From: an uncultured bacterium | GTDB taxonomy: Bacteria > Edwardsbacteria > AC1 > EtOH8 | Length of the DNA: 64,000 nucleotides | NCBI GenBank assembly: GCA_963780225.1 | Contig: CAWAAX010000009.1 | Location: 64,001-128,000 of the forward strand | Direction: 5' to 3' | Shown here: in pieces, positions 37,063 to 47,305 of the stretch | How positions within the stretch are numbered: position 1 is the first letter of the stretch | Layout of the letters: the number at the start of each line of letters is the position of its first letter | The notes under the pieces: model-generated | Told to the model about the DNA's origin: nothing | What the model saw: only the letters and a program-made list of their open reading frames with translations | The model's database searches: none | Translations under genes and position numbers: made by a program

Positions 37063-37557
37063 GACAATTAAAAGTAATTAATGAGAGCGCATTTATTTTA
37101 GGCAGAGTTGCCGTATAGGAAGTATTTATGACTGCATAAACTATCAGTTTAACAAAAGCGGGCTTTTAAAGTCAAGGATAATAATCAAAAATAAAACCAA
37201 AGGCTAGTTGCCTTAGGAAAAAATACGGAACAAAGCCTGAAGGCACCGGTGTCTTCTACTAAGCAAAAGCTTTACGGCCAAGGCTTTTCTCCCGGCCCCA
37301 ATGATCCGGGGCGTAAGGACAAGATACTTGATGGAGCAAAGCAAAAGACGGGTCTGGGCCGGGACATTTCAGTAAACCGTCCCGGCCTGAATCTCCAAAT
37401 TACCGGCGGTGTCTGGAACCCGGCAAAACCTTGAAGGGACGATCACGTTAACCAGCAAATCCGGCTGGGACTCTGGCTCCCAGCAGGTCATTTTTATCAA
37501 ACCAAAACACTCATTACCGGTTCGGGTAAAAAAATGGACTAACTGTATAAAAAACCA

Positions 37558-37585
37558 TTGACTTTTGATAAATATTTGGTATAGT
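37558..37585 (+). promoter_or_regulatory. sigma70-type promoter, probably near-leaderless
   Basis: TTGACT-16bp-TATAGT with extended TG; ATG 9 nt after the -10 box. Confidence 0.55.
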
Positions 37586-37594
37586 TAAAGACTA

Positions 37595-38881
37595 ATGACA
37601 AATAAAAACGGCATAATCGTTCTACCTCCGGAACATCTGGAGGCCGTGATCAAAATAGCCGCCGAGTGCCTGGGATGCCAGGCGGAGTTTTTTCCCTTGG
37701 AGGAAGTTCCATTTCCGGGCCGGGACGATCAGGGAGAATCCCTGCCTCTGCCGGAGTTCAGCCGGAAACTGCTGCTTAAAGGCCCTAAGGACAAGCTGCG
37801 TCCGGCTCTGGAGACCGCGAAAAAACTGGCCGCCGAAATCAGCGCCAAGGAGCAGGAGTCGTTTTCCTTGACTCAGGAGATAACCGAGCGTTATGAGCAG
37901 CTGGCCACTCTTTTCGAAATGAGCGAAAAGCTGGGGATGGCCGGCGACAACCAGTCCCGGGTAGCGGCCATCCTGGACACGGCCGCCTCCGCAGTCTCGG
38001 CCAGCTGTGGCTGTCTGATGCTGTTGGAGGGTGACTGTAGCTTCATCAACCGCCGGGAAAAGGAGATGGACCGGAAAACCATAAGCGCCTTGGCCCGCCG
38101 GGCCGCGGAACAGAACAAGCCTTCGGTGGACGAAAAAAGACACATCATCCTGCCGCTGACCGTCAATAAAAACCAGCCTATCGGAGCCCTGGCCCTGGGA
38201 CCCAGAACCGAAGGGGTATACCGGTCCGGGGATGTCAAGATGCTGGTAACCCTTAGCAGTTATGCCGCCTTGTTGTTGGAGAGCGGCCGCCTTTATGAAG
38301 GACTGGAACTGCTTTTCTTCTCTACCATCAAAAGCATGGTGGAAGCCATCGATGCCAAGGATCCCAGCACCCGGGGCCATTCCGAGCGGGTACGCCGCTA
38401 TTCCGCCCGGATGGCCCGGAAAATGGGGATGAGCAACCCGGATCAGAAAATGCTGGAGCTGGCCGCACTGTTGCACGACCTGGGCAAGATAGGCCTGCCC
38501 GATTCCATTTTGAATAACGTCAAAAGCCAGCTGACCAACGATCAGTGGCAGCAGGTAAAACAACATCCCGAGATAGGCGTTTCAATTTTGACTCACGTGG
38601 CCCAGTTGAAGGGGATACTGCCAGCCATAGGCCAGCACCACGAACGCTACGACGGAAGCGGCTATCCCTCTGGGATCAAGGGCCAGGACATTTCGCTGTT
38701 TGCCAGGATCATCGCCGTAGCCGATGCCTACGACGCCATGACCACCCAGCGCACCTACCGGCCCACCTTTGATTCCCGGCAGGCCTTGACCGAGCTTAAG
38801 GATAATTCCGGAAACCAGTTCGATCCGATGGCGGTGGATCTCTTCATGCAGAGTTTTTCCGATAATGATAATCAGCAGTAA
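37595..38881 (+). CDS. GAF + HD-GYP cyclic dinucleotide phosphodiesterase
   Basis: DAKD.STRGHSERV, LLHDLGK, HHERYDGSGYP, ADAYDAMT..R.YR. Confidence 0.92.
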   Translation: MTNKNGIIVLPPEHLEAVIKIAAECLGCQAEFFPLEEVPFPGRDDQGESLPLPEFSRKLLLKGPKDKLRPALETAKKLAAEISAKEQESFSLTQEITERYEQLATLFEMSEKLGMAGDNQSRVAAILDTAASAVSASCGCLMLLEGDCSFINRREKEMDRKTISALARRAAEQNKPSVDEKRHIILPLTVNKNQPIGALALGPRTEGVYRSGDVKMLVTLSSYAALLLESGRLYEGLELLFFSTIKSMVEAIDAKDPSTRGHSERVRRYSARMARKMGMSNPDQKMLELAALLHDLGKIGLPDSILNNVKSQLTNDQWQQVKQHPEIGVSILTHVAQLKGILPAIGQHHERYDGSGYPSGIKGQDISLFARIIAVADAYDAMTTQRTYRPTFDSRQALTELKDNSGNQFDPMAVDLFMQSFSDNDNQQ

Positions 38882-38884
38882 AAC

Positions 38885-41380
38885 ATGAACGACAAAAAAG
38901 ACATGATCAGTCAGATCTCTCCGCCAGCCGCCGATCGTGGCCAAGGCCATTCTTCAGATGATTCCGGATATCTGTTCTTCCGGATGATGCCCGGACTTTT
39001 GGAGTGGCTGCCCCAGTCAGTGGTGCTGACCGACCGGGAGTGCCGGATAATAATGCACAACCAGAAGGCCAAAGGGCTGGTGCTGGGAAAGGGTTTGGTC
39101 TGGGACGACTTGGAGCTCCTGCCGGAGGACTTGGACTGGATAAAAAACATTTTATTTCCATGCACCCAAAAAGCTGGCATCCCGGCCGAGAAAAAAATAG
39201 CCTTCAAGGACCGGTTATGGAATCTGGAACTGGTGCCGCTGTATCACGGGGATGTCTTTTTGGGCGCCTTGCTGTCCTTTGCCGACCAGGCCGATGAGGT
39301 GGCCAGCCAGTTTAAAAAACTGAGGGATCTTTTGATTGCCACTCAGGATGAAAAGGCGGTGGCCGAGTTCCTGCTGAAGACCTTAAAAAAGAGCCTGGGC
39401 TTTGAAAAGGGGATGCTGGCGGTAATGGAACGCAGCAACAGTTACAAGATCCTGGCCAGCCAGGGACTGGAAGAAGAAGCCCAAAGGGAAGAATTTTTAC
39501 CTCAGAGCCCGATGCTGGAGGCCTGTTTAAAAGAAGGCCGGCCGATGACGGTCTCCGGAAGCTCCGAAAATCTGGAACAATCTTTGGGCAGCAAACTGCT
39601 GAAGGTGGCCGGAACCAAATCCGGTTCGTTTTTGATCGTCCCGCTGCTCCGGGCCCAGCAATCCCTGGGATTTCTTATGCTTCACAAAACCAGCCCGGCC
39701 TTCGGCAATGGACACTTGACCCTGCTTTCCGAGCTGTCCGAGATTTTTGTGAAAATACTGGACGAAGCCCGGATGGCCCAGAAATTTGAAAGCGAGAACC
39801 AGCTTCGCAGCAAGCTTTATGAAATTGGATTCGCTGCCGGATCAGTACTGCAGTTGGGAAGCCTTTTGAGCCTGATGATCAGGACCATCTCCAAGGAGCT
39901 TAAGGCCGAGGATGTCAGCCTTTACTTCTTTGACGAGATATCCGGACAATGGGCCGGGAAATCGATGATAGCCCCCACTGAGGGTCAGGGATTTCTATCC
40001 CTGATCAAAAGCTCCGGGGTCAAGCTGGAGCACATCCGGCTGATGGAGATGAAGGATGTTACCGCCCAGGTGGTAGCCCGGGGCCAGCCGGAGATCATCG
40101 GTGATCTGGCCCGCGATTCCCGGTTCATCCAGCCGGCGCCCCGGACCCCGTTCAAATCAGGCTTATGGCACCCCCTGAAGATCAAGGACAAGACCATCGG
40201 AGCTTTGATGGCCCTCAGCCGGCAACCGGGATACTTCGGCACTATGGACCAGGCCCTGATGGAGGAGATAACGCCGCTGATCACTTTTGCCCTGCGCAGC
40301 GCCATGCTATACGAAGAGATCCGCCGGGAGGGCAGCAGGCTGGGCTCCATCATCAACTCCATGCCCGAAGGGTTGCTGATGGTGGACAAGGATTTTAAGG
40401 TGATAATCAGCAATGAAAGTTACGAAAAACTTTGGAATTTGGGAATCAGAATAAAGCCAGGGATGGAATTTCACAAAGCCATTCTGCCTTTTCTGGGGGA
40501 ACAGCTCCGGGACCAGAAACCGTTGCTGGAGTTCCTGCAGAAATGCGCCGGCAATACCGCCCACCGGCAGGAGTCGGTGGAGTTGGAGCTCAACAGCGGT
40601 TTATTTTTAAAGATCGTCTCTTTTCCGGTGGACGATGCCGAGGGCCCCGGCAACGGGTTGGTGCTGTTGCATCAGGATGTAACGGTGGAGCACCAGATAG
40701 CCGAGACCCGGCAGGAATTTGTGGGGATGTTGTCCCACGACATGCGCAACCCGCTTTCGGCCATCATTGCCACCCTGGAGCTCTCGCTTGACGGCAGCCT
40801 GGGCGATCTCAACGACAACCAGCACCAGTTTTTGGGCAGCGCCATGAATGACAGCCGCCGGATGCTGGAGATGCTCAACGATCTGCTGGATGGGTACAAA
40901 TACGAAGCGGTGGAGCTTAAACTGGAAAAGACCCAGTTCGACATCACCCAGGTGATCTCCAAATTAGTCTACGATTTTTCACCCTTGGCCAAGGAGCGCC
41001 AGATCGAGTTGTTTCAGGAGACGCCTTTAAGCCTGACGGTGACGGCGGACGAGGGCAAGCTGATCCGGGTAATATCCAACCTGCTGACCAATGCCTTGAA
41101 ATTTACCCCTAAAGAAGGGCGGATAATTGTTTCGGTCGCTGATAAAAAACAAGTCATTCAGGTCTCGATCCAGGATACCGGGGAGGGCATCGCTCCGGAT
41201 GAATTGGAAAAGGTGTTTCAGAAATTTTATCAGGTGGAAAAACGGAAGCTGGGCCGCAAGACCGGGACCGGCCTGGGCCTGCCCCTCTGCCGTAAATTAG
41301 TGGATGCCCACGGCGGCAAGATCTGGGTGGAAAGCCAGGCGGGCAGGGGCAGCAAGTTTATTTTCACTCTTCCCAAATAA
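38885..41380 (+). CDS. Cytoplasmic multi-sensor histidine kinase (PAS-GAF-GAF-PAS-HisKA-HATPase)
   Basis: SHDMRNPL, NLLTNALKFT, DTGEGI, GTGLGL. Confidence 0.9.
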   Translation: MNDKKDMISQISPPAADRGQGHSSDDSGYLFFRMMPGLLEWLPQSVVLTDRECRIIMHNQKAKGLVLGKGLVWDDLELLPEDLDWIKNILFPCTQKAGIPAEKKIAFKDRLWNLELVPLYHGDVFLGALLSFADQADEVASQFKKLRDLLIATQDEKAVAEFLLKTLKKSLGFEKGMLAVMERSNSYKILASQGLEEEAQREEFLPQSPMLEACLKEGRPMTVSGSSENLEQSLGSKLLKVAGTKSGSFLIVPLLRAQQSLGFLMLHKTSPAFGNGHLTLLSELSEIFVKILDEARMAQKFESENQLRSKLYEIGFAAGSVLQLGSLLSLMIRTISKELKAEDVSLYFFDEISGQWAGKSMIAPTEGQGFLSLIKSSGVKLEHIRLMEMKDVTAQVVARGQPEIIGDLARDSRFIQPAPRTPFKSGLWHPLKIKDKTIGALMALSRQPGYFGTMDQALMEEITPLITFALRSAMLYEEIRREGSRLGSIINSMPEGLLMVDKDFKVIISNESYEKLWNLGIRIKPGMEFHKAILPFLGEQLRDQKPLLEFLQKCAGNTAHRQESVELELNSGLFLKIVSFPVDDAEGPGNGLVLLHQDVTVEHQIAETRQEFVGMLSHDMRNPLSAIIATLELSLDGSLGDLNDNQHQFLGSAMNDSRRMLEMLNDLLDGYKYEAVELKLEKTQFDITQVISKLVYDFSPLAKERQIELFQETPLSLTVTADEGKLIRVISNLLTNALKFTPKEGRIIVSVADKKQVIQVSIQDTGEGIAPDELEKVFQKFYQVEKRKLGRKTGTGLGLPLCRKLVDAHGGKIWVESQAGRGSKFIFTLPK

Positions 41381-41684
41381 AGAAAAAAAGACTATCTATC
41401 CTGTCCAGGAACCTTTATCCACAGACGTTGTAGTGAGTGGTGTGACTGAGTCCGCCGAAGCCTTAACCGAACTATTAACGCAGATCAGAACAAAATTATT
41501 TGTACCTAAAAATAGAAACTTGCGGGAAAAATCTGTGAAATCTTCCGCCACCGCAGGGTAGTACATATAGGCGGATCCGTCTATGGCGGGAGCGGATAGA
41601 AAAGCTTTTGGGGTACGTGTCTAAGCTAATTGGACAGGCATTTATTTTTAAATAACCCAAACCTTTTTAAAGAGGTGTTTTCGT

Positions 41685-42059
41685 ATGACCAAAAAAATCA
41701 TGGTGATCGATGACGAGCCCTACATTGCACGAGTCATCAAGTTCAAGCTGGAACAGGAAGGTTACACGGTATTTTCGGCCAATGACGGGCTGACCGGGCT
41801 GGAGAAGATCAAACTGGAAAAGCCTGATCTGGTGCTTTTGGATGTGATGATGCCGGGGCTGACCGGGTACGAGGTTTGCCAAAAGATCAAGGCCGATCCC
41901 GAGCTGGCCAGTATTCCGGTGGTCATTTTAACCGCCAAGGGCCAGGAGCGCGACCGGGAGCAGGGCCTGAGCGTGGGGGCCAGCGATTACATTACCAAGC
42001 CATTTTCGCCCAACCGGCTGCTGGAATTGGTGCGCACTATGGTGGGAGAGAACACCTAA
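41685..42059 (+). CDS. Single-domain response regulator
   Basis: IDDE, LLDVMMP, LTAK, YITKPF. Confidence 0.93.
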   Translation: MTKKIMVIDDEPYIARVIKFKLEQEGYTVFSANDGLTGLEKIKLEKPDLVLLDVMMPGLTGYEVCQKIKADPELASIPVVILTAKGQERDREQGLSVGASDYITKPFSPNRLLELVRTMVGENT

Positions 42060-42060
42060 A

Positions 42061-43395
42061 ATGCTTTCTTGGCTGTGGCTGTTGGCCATACCTTTCCTGG
42101 CCGGTATATTTCTGGCCTCTCAGACGCTGGTGATTAAAATTGCCGGCGCCGGCGGAATGCTTTTGCTTTTTGGCTGGGGAGCCTGGCTTTATTTTAAATT
42201 GTCCCGCCAACAATCCCAGTCCGAACAGGCCTTAAATGAGCTGGCCTTGTTGAAAGATGACGGCGGGCGCCAAAAGCTTCAGTTCCAGGAAATGGTCCGC
42301 CAGAAGGGAAAACTGGAGGAGTCACGGAAAGACCTGGACCGCCGGCTGCAGGAGATCAAGACCGTCTGGGACAGCCTGCCTGCCGGTCTGCTGTTGATCA
42401 ATAAGCAAGAAGGCAAGGTTCTTTCCATGAACTCGGAGGCCGAAAGGATTACAGGCTTTCGGGCCATTGAAATAGTGGGCCGGAGCTGGGAGCAAACCTT
42501 GACCTCTCCCCAAAATCCGTTTCAGGATAATCCCCGGATCCAGGCCATAAAGGATAGGGATCCGGCCGAAATAGAACAGGATAAAATAATCTTAAAGGAC
42601 GGAACCGAGTTGGAGGTACATTCCCGGTTGTGGAATCTGCCAGGCGGCCAGCGGATCGGATGGATGTTCTACCCCAAGGGCCAGGCCATGGACTACAATC
42701 AGTTGCGGGAGGAATTCATCACCAACATATCCCACGAGCTGCGGACTCCGTTGACGGTGATCAAGGGCTATGCCGAGATACTTTACGAAGACGCCAAATC
42801 CAGCGGACACGAACAGGCCGACCTGATGAAAGTGATAGTGGACGAGGGAGACCGGCTGGCCGGACTGCTGGATTCCATCATCAATTTCCGGCAGGCCAGT
42901 TCCGGGATGCTGGGCCTGCGCCAGGAAAAGGTGGATATCATTATCCTGCTTAATACGGTGATTCACGACCTGGAGCCCAAGTCCGCCAAAAAGTCCATCA
43001 AGATCATTAAAAAGATTCCGGCTACTTTGGCCCCTTCCCGGGGGGATTTCAATGCCCTGCGTTTTGCCTTCAGCAACATTTTGGATAATGCCGTAAAATT
43101 CAACAGCCAGGGCGGCAGCGTAACGGTGGAAACCGGAGGCTGGCGGCTGGAGGACGGGATGTGGAAGATGCAGGTCCACATCAGCGATACCGGAGCGGGG
43201 ATCGCTCCCGAAGTGATGCCGCACATCTTCGAAAAATTCTACCGCACCGACCAGAAGGTGCACACCATCCAGGGGACGGGGATCGGGCTTTCCTTGACCA
43301 AGGAAATATTGGAGACCCACGGCGGCAACATAGCGGTGGAAAGCGCCGAGGGCAAGGGGACCAAGGTCACGGTCAGCCTGCTGATGTCGGAGTGA
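42061..43395 (+). CDS. Membrane-anchored PAS histidine kinase
   Basis: Two N-terminal TMs, PAS, SHELRTPL, NILDNAVKF, GTGIGL. Confidence 0.9.
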   Translation: MLSWLWLLAIPFLAGIFLASQTLVIKIAGAGGMLLLFGWGAWLYFKLSRQQSQSEQALNELALLKDDGGRQKLQFQEMVRQKGKLEESRKDLDRRLQEIKTVWDSLPAGLLLINKQEGKVLSMNSEAERITGFRAIEIVGRSWEQTLTSPQNPFQDNPRIQAIKDRDPAEIEQDKIILKDGTELEVHSRLWNLPGGQRIGWMFYPKGQAMDYNQLREEFITNISHELRTPLTVIKGYAEILYEDAKSSGHEQADLMKVIVDEGDRLAGLLDSIINFRQASSGMLGLRQEKVDIIILLNTVIHDLEPKSAKKSIKIIKKIPATLAPSRGDFNALRFAFSNILDNAVKFNSQGGSVTVETGGWRLEDGMWKMQVHISDTGAGIAPEVMPHIFEKFYRTDQKVHTIQGTGIGLSLTKEILETHGGNIAVESAEGKGTKVTVSLLMSE

Positions 43396-43422
43396 GAGAC
43401 CGCCCACTAAAACACACGAAAA

Positions 43423-45192
43423 ATGGTGGTTGAAATTGAACGGATGGCAGGGAAAGGCATGGGGAATAAATTAACAGCGTCATGCATCAAAAACGGCTGG
43501 TGGCTTTTAGCCGCCGTTTTTTTTATTTTTACTACGGCCCGGGCCGGGGTGGTGATCAACGAGTTCGCCTATTACCTGGACCCGGCCGGCGATACCGGCA
43601 AGGAGTGGATAGAACTCTACAACCCCGACTCCCTGGCCCAGGATCTGTCCGGCTACGATATCTACTGCGGCCGCACCCCTCATTACCTGGTTCCTCCAGG
43701 TTTTGTGCTGGCGGGAAGATCTTTCGCGGTCGTGCATCTCCGGCTGGCCGGGGTCAATACCGCCTCTGACCTTTACGAAGGAACCGCCCCCACCAGCAAC
43801 ATGCCCAACACCAAGGGTTCCCTGGCCATCTTCACTGATTACCTCCGCGGCACCATCGTGGATTTTGTCCAATACGGCGATGACAGTTTGACCTACGAAG
43901 CCACGGCGGGCACTGCGGGCATTTGGACCAGAGGAGATTTTGTGGACACTGCAACCTGCGCCTGGTCGCTGGGATTGGCCACCGACGGCGCGGACCACGA
44001 CACTTCGACTGACTGGGCGGAGTTTTCAAAGCCCACCCCGGGCTACAGCAACAGTCCACAGCTTTACAACATCTCCCTGGAAACTCCATCCACCTCTCCG
44101 CTGGAGATCCCGGCCGGAAGCTCTTTCACCGTCTCTGTTCTGGTTAAGAACCAGGGGGTCAATGCCGCCCGGAATGTTTTGCTGACATTCTATCAGGATG
44201 CCAACGGCGACTCGGTCTGCCAGCCAGGGGAAACCGTGTTCCACCGGGAGCAATGGGATTCTTTATCCGGCGAGCGGACCTGCAGTTTCACCCACGACGC
44301 CCAGCCCGAAGGTGCCTACCAACTGTCGGCATTGGCACTCAGCGACAGTGAAACCGTCCTCTCTAACAACCACCAAGTCCTTGCCTACCTGGCCGGCAGC
44401 CCGTTGGTCATCAACGAGATCATGTACGGCCCCTACCCCGGCCAGCCGGAGTGGGTGGAGCTTTACAACCGCTCCGGAAGTTCAATTGATGTTTGGAACT
44501 GGACATTTGAGGATGCCACGGTTTCTCCTGAAAATATTACCACTGCCCACCGGACCATCCTGCCGGGCGAGTATCTGCTGTTAGCCCCGGATACTTCCTA
44601 TTTTAACAGTCCCGGTCCCAAGATAGAGCTGAGCGGCTGGCCGGCCCTGAATGGAGAAGGAGGCGACATCGTTTGCCTGCGGGATCCAAGAGGCGCAGCG
44701 GCGGACCGGGTGCAATACCAGGACACCTGGGGCGGCGGGGGAGGCCGGTCGCTGGAAAAGATAAATCCCTGCCTGCTGAGCCAGGAGGCGGCCAACTGGG
44801 GAGGCTGCGTGGCCTCCAGCGGGTCCACCCCCGGCCGGCAGAACAGCATCTACATAGAAAAGCTGGAAACCTCGGCCGACCTGACCCTCTCGCCCAACCC
44901 CTTCTCGCCGGACGGCGACGGTTTTGAGGACCATGTCCTGATCGGGTTTGATCTCGCCTGGACCAGGGCGGTAGTGAACATCAAGATATTCGACCGGCTG
45001 GGGCGGCTGTTGAAGAACCTGGCGGAACAGCAGCCCTTCGGAGCTTCGGGAACAGTGGTCTGGGACGGCCGGGACGGCGGGGGGCGGATGTGCCCGATGG
45101 GGGTGTACATCGTGCTGCTGGAGGCCAGGGACGCCAATGGCTCCGGCTCGGTGAAGAAGAAACAGGCCGTGGCTTTGGCAAAGAAACTATGA
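43423..45192 (+). CDS. Secreted protein: two lamin-tail domains, CARDB-like Ig domain, C-terminal FlgD-Ig/CHU_C-like domain
   Basis: VVINEF..EWIELYN, LVINEIMY..EWVELYN, TPG..NS, PNPFSPDGDG..IFDRLGR..WDGRD..GVY; true start may be ATG 43459. Confidence 0.8.
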   Translation: MVVEIERMAGKGMGNKLTASCIKNGWWLLAAVFFIFTTARAGVVINEFAYYLDPAGDTGKEWIELYNPDSLAQDLSGYDIYCGRTPHYLVPPGFVLAGRSFAVVHLRLAGVNTASDLYEGTAPTSNMPNTKGSLAIFTDYLRGTIVDFVQYGDDSLTYEATAGTAGIWTRGDFVDTATCAWSLGLATDGADHDTSTDWAEFSKPTPGYSNSPQLYNISLETPSTSPLEIPAGSSFTVSVLVKNQGVNAARNVLLTFYQDANGDSVCQPGETVFHREQWDSLSGERTCSFTHDAQPEGAYQLSALALSDSETVLSNNHQVLAYLAGSPLVINEIMYGPYPGQPEWVELYNRSGSSIDVWNWTFEDATVSPENITTAHRTILPGEYLLLAPDTSYFNSPGPKIELSGWPALNGEGGDIVCLRDPRGAAADRVQYQDTWGGGGGRSLEKINPCLLSQEAANWGGCVASSGSTPGRQNSIYIEKLETSADLTLSPNPFSPDGDGFEDHVLIGFDLAWTRAVVNIKIFDRLGRLLKNLAEQQPFGASGTVVWDGRDGGGRMCPMGVYIVLLEARDANGSGSVKKKQAVALAKKL

Positions 45193-45318
45193 CCTTTACC
45201 ACGACACGGAGAAGAACACCGAATATAATCCTTTAGATAATTCCGTGCATTCCAACATTCCGTGCTTCAGTGGTAAGTCTGGTAAACAGCATTATACACT
45301 TCTAAACTCAGGCATAGC

Positions 45319-45828
45319 ATGATCCAAGTTTACACCGGCAACGGCAAGGGCAAGACCACCGCTTCTTTGGGCCTGGCCCTGCGGGCCTCGGGGCAGAAGA
45401 AGAAGGTGATGATGATCCAGTTCATGAAGGGCAAGGTGAACTACGGGGAGCTGAAGTCCGCCAAGCTTCTTCCCGGATTCACCATCAGGCAGTTCGGGCG
45501 GCCGACCTTCGTGGACAAGAAGAACCCGGCCCCGGCCGACATCAAGGGGGCCAAAGAGGCGCTGGACTTTGCGGCCAAAACCATCGGCGCAAAAAAATAC
45601 GACATCATCATATTGGACGAGCTGAACGTGGCCCTGGACTTCAAACTGGTGCAGCTGGACGAGGTGCTGCTGATGCTGGCTTGGGTACCCAGGGATCTGG
45701 AGCTGGTGATTACCGGGCGCAACGCCCATCCGAAAGTGATCAAGCTGGCCGATCTGGTGTCGGAGGTCAGAGAGGTGAAGCATTACTATAAGCAGGGGGT
45801 GCAGGCCCGGAAAGGCATAGAATTTTAA
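45319..45828 (+). CDS. cobO: Cob(I)alamin adenosyltransferase (CobO/BtuR)
   Basis: YTGNGKGKTTA.LG, IQFMKG, ILDE, ITGR, ADLVSE..KH..G..ARKGIEF. Confidence 0.93.
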   Translation: MIQVYTGNGKGKTTASLGLALRASGQKKKVMMIQFMKGKVNYGELKSAKLLPGFTIRQFGRPTFVDKKNPAPADIKGAKEALDFAAKTIGAKKYDIIILDELNVALDFKLVQLDEVLLMLAWVPRDLELVITGRNAHPKVIKLADLVSEVREVKHYYKQGVQARKGIEF

Positions 45829-45858
45829 AATGCATATTTCAAAATGCAAATTTTTAAA

Positions 45859-45892
45859 TTAATCTGCGTAAATCTGTGCAATCTGTGGATAG
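45859..45892. repeat. 9-bp-periodic ATCTG half-element
   Basis: Reverse complement of 1369-1402 with 2 mismatches. Confidence 0.7.
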
Positions 45893-45943
45893 TTTCGGTT
45901 TCTTTTGACAAATAACTTATAGCACATACAATCAAGGAGCTTT

Positions 45944-47305
45944 ATGGAAGGACTGATCAAAAAGGCCCTGGGCCGGGGCCAGGCCGACTACATAGAGATC
46001 CGGCTGGAGGAGAAGGCCGTCACCAGCGTGGTCTATTCCGGCAAGGAATTGGACAGCGCCGGGGCCAACACCACCAAGGGCGGCAACGTCCGGGCCCTGT
46101 ACAAGGGCGGCTGGGGCTTCGTCTCATTCAACTCGATGGACCAGCTGGAGGCCAAGGTGGCCGAGGCCTGCAAAGCGGCCCGTATGGTGGGCAAGGGCAA
46201 AAGCGTTCTGGCCAAGGTTCCCAGGGTCACGGCAGACATCAAGGCCGCGCTAAAGGACGACCCCCGAAATATCCCCCTGGCCCAGAAGGTGGAGCTGGCC
46301 AAAAAATACAACCATATCATCATCGGGTCCAAGGGGATCATCAGTTCCGGCGTCCGCTACGAGGATGTCTTTAAAAAGCAGACCTTCGCCAACACCGAGG
46401 GCAGCTACATCACCGAGGAGCGGGTATACTGCGGGGCGGCCTTTTCGGCGGTGGCCAAGGACGGGGCCAACGTCCAGCGGGCCCACGACACGGTGGGCGG
46501 CACCGAAGGCTACCACACCGTGCTGAAGCTGGAGAAGAACGCCCAGCAGACCGTCAAGGACGCCCTGGGTCTGCTTAAGGCCGACAAGGTCTCGTCCGGC
46601 AAGTACACGGTGGTGATGGACCCCAAGATGTGCGGGGTGTTCGCCCACGAGGCCTTCGGCCACCTTTCCGAATCGGATTTTATTTCCGAGAACGCCAAAC
46701 TTAAAAAGATGATGACCCTGGGCAGAAAGTTCGGGACAGGCGCCCTGTCCATTGTGGACGACGCCACCATCAAGGGCCAGCGGGGCTACTATTGCTACGA
46801 TGAGGAAGGAGTGGCCTCCCAAAAGAATTTTCTGATCAAGAACGGGATATTAGTGGGACGGCTCCACTCCCGCCAGACCGCAGGCCGGATGAACGAGAAG
46901 GCCACCGGCAGCGCCCGGGCCATTAACTACCAGTTCGGGCCCATCGTCCGGATGGGATGTACCTATATCGAGCCCCGGGACTGCAGTTTTGCCAAGATGA
47001 TCGGGGAGATCAAGAATGGGCTCTATGTGGTCTCGGCTTTAGGCGGGATGACCGAGCTGGAGATGTTCACCTTCTCGGCCATGAAGGCCTACCTGATCAA
47101 GAACGGCAGGCTGGGGCCGATGGTCAGGGACGTGATCCTGACCGGCAACGTCTTTGAGACGCTGAAGAACATCGACGCCATCGGCGACGACCTGGAGCTG
47201 CACGGGGGGCTGGGGGGCTGCGGCAAGGGCGGGCAGATGCCGCTGCCGGTCTCGGACGGCGGCCCGCATATCCGGGTCAAAAACGTAGTGGTGGGAGGGA
47301 AATGA
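45944..47305 (+). CDS. tldD: TldD metalloprotease subunit
   Basis: HEAFGH, YDEEG, GSARA..Y..PIVRM, GCGKGGQ..PV. Confidence 0.9.
   Translation: MEGLIKKALGRGQADYIEIRLEEKAVTSVVYSGKELDSAGANTTKGGNVRALYKGGWGFVSFNSMDQLEAKVAEACKAARMVGKGKSVLAKVPRVTADIKAALKDDPRNIPLAQKVELAKKYNHIIIGSKGIISSGVRYEDVFKKQTFANTEGSYITEERVYCGAAFSAVAKDGANVQRAHDTVGGTEGYHTVLKLEKNAQQTVKDALGLLKADKVSSGKYTVVMDPKMCGVFAHEAFGHLSESDFISENAKLKKMMTLGRKFGTGALSIVDDATIKGQRGYYCYDEEGVASQKNFLIKNGILVGRLHSRQTAGRMNEKATGSARAINYQFGPIVRMGCTYIEPRDCSFAKMIGEIKNGLYVVSALGGMTELEMFTFSAMKAYLIKNGRLGPMVRDVILTGNVFETLKNIDAIGDDLELHGGLGGCGKGGQMPLPVSDGGPHIRVKNVVVGGK

Noticed and set aside
37420..37490. Cyclic di-GMP-I (GEMM) riboswitch upstream of the HD-GYP gene
   Set aside because: GGCAAAACC..GGGACG is suggestive, but the GNRA loop and GCAAA/P2 elements are missing and it lies upstream of the predicted promoter; an Rfam scan would settle it
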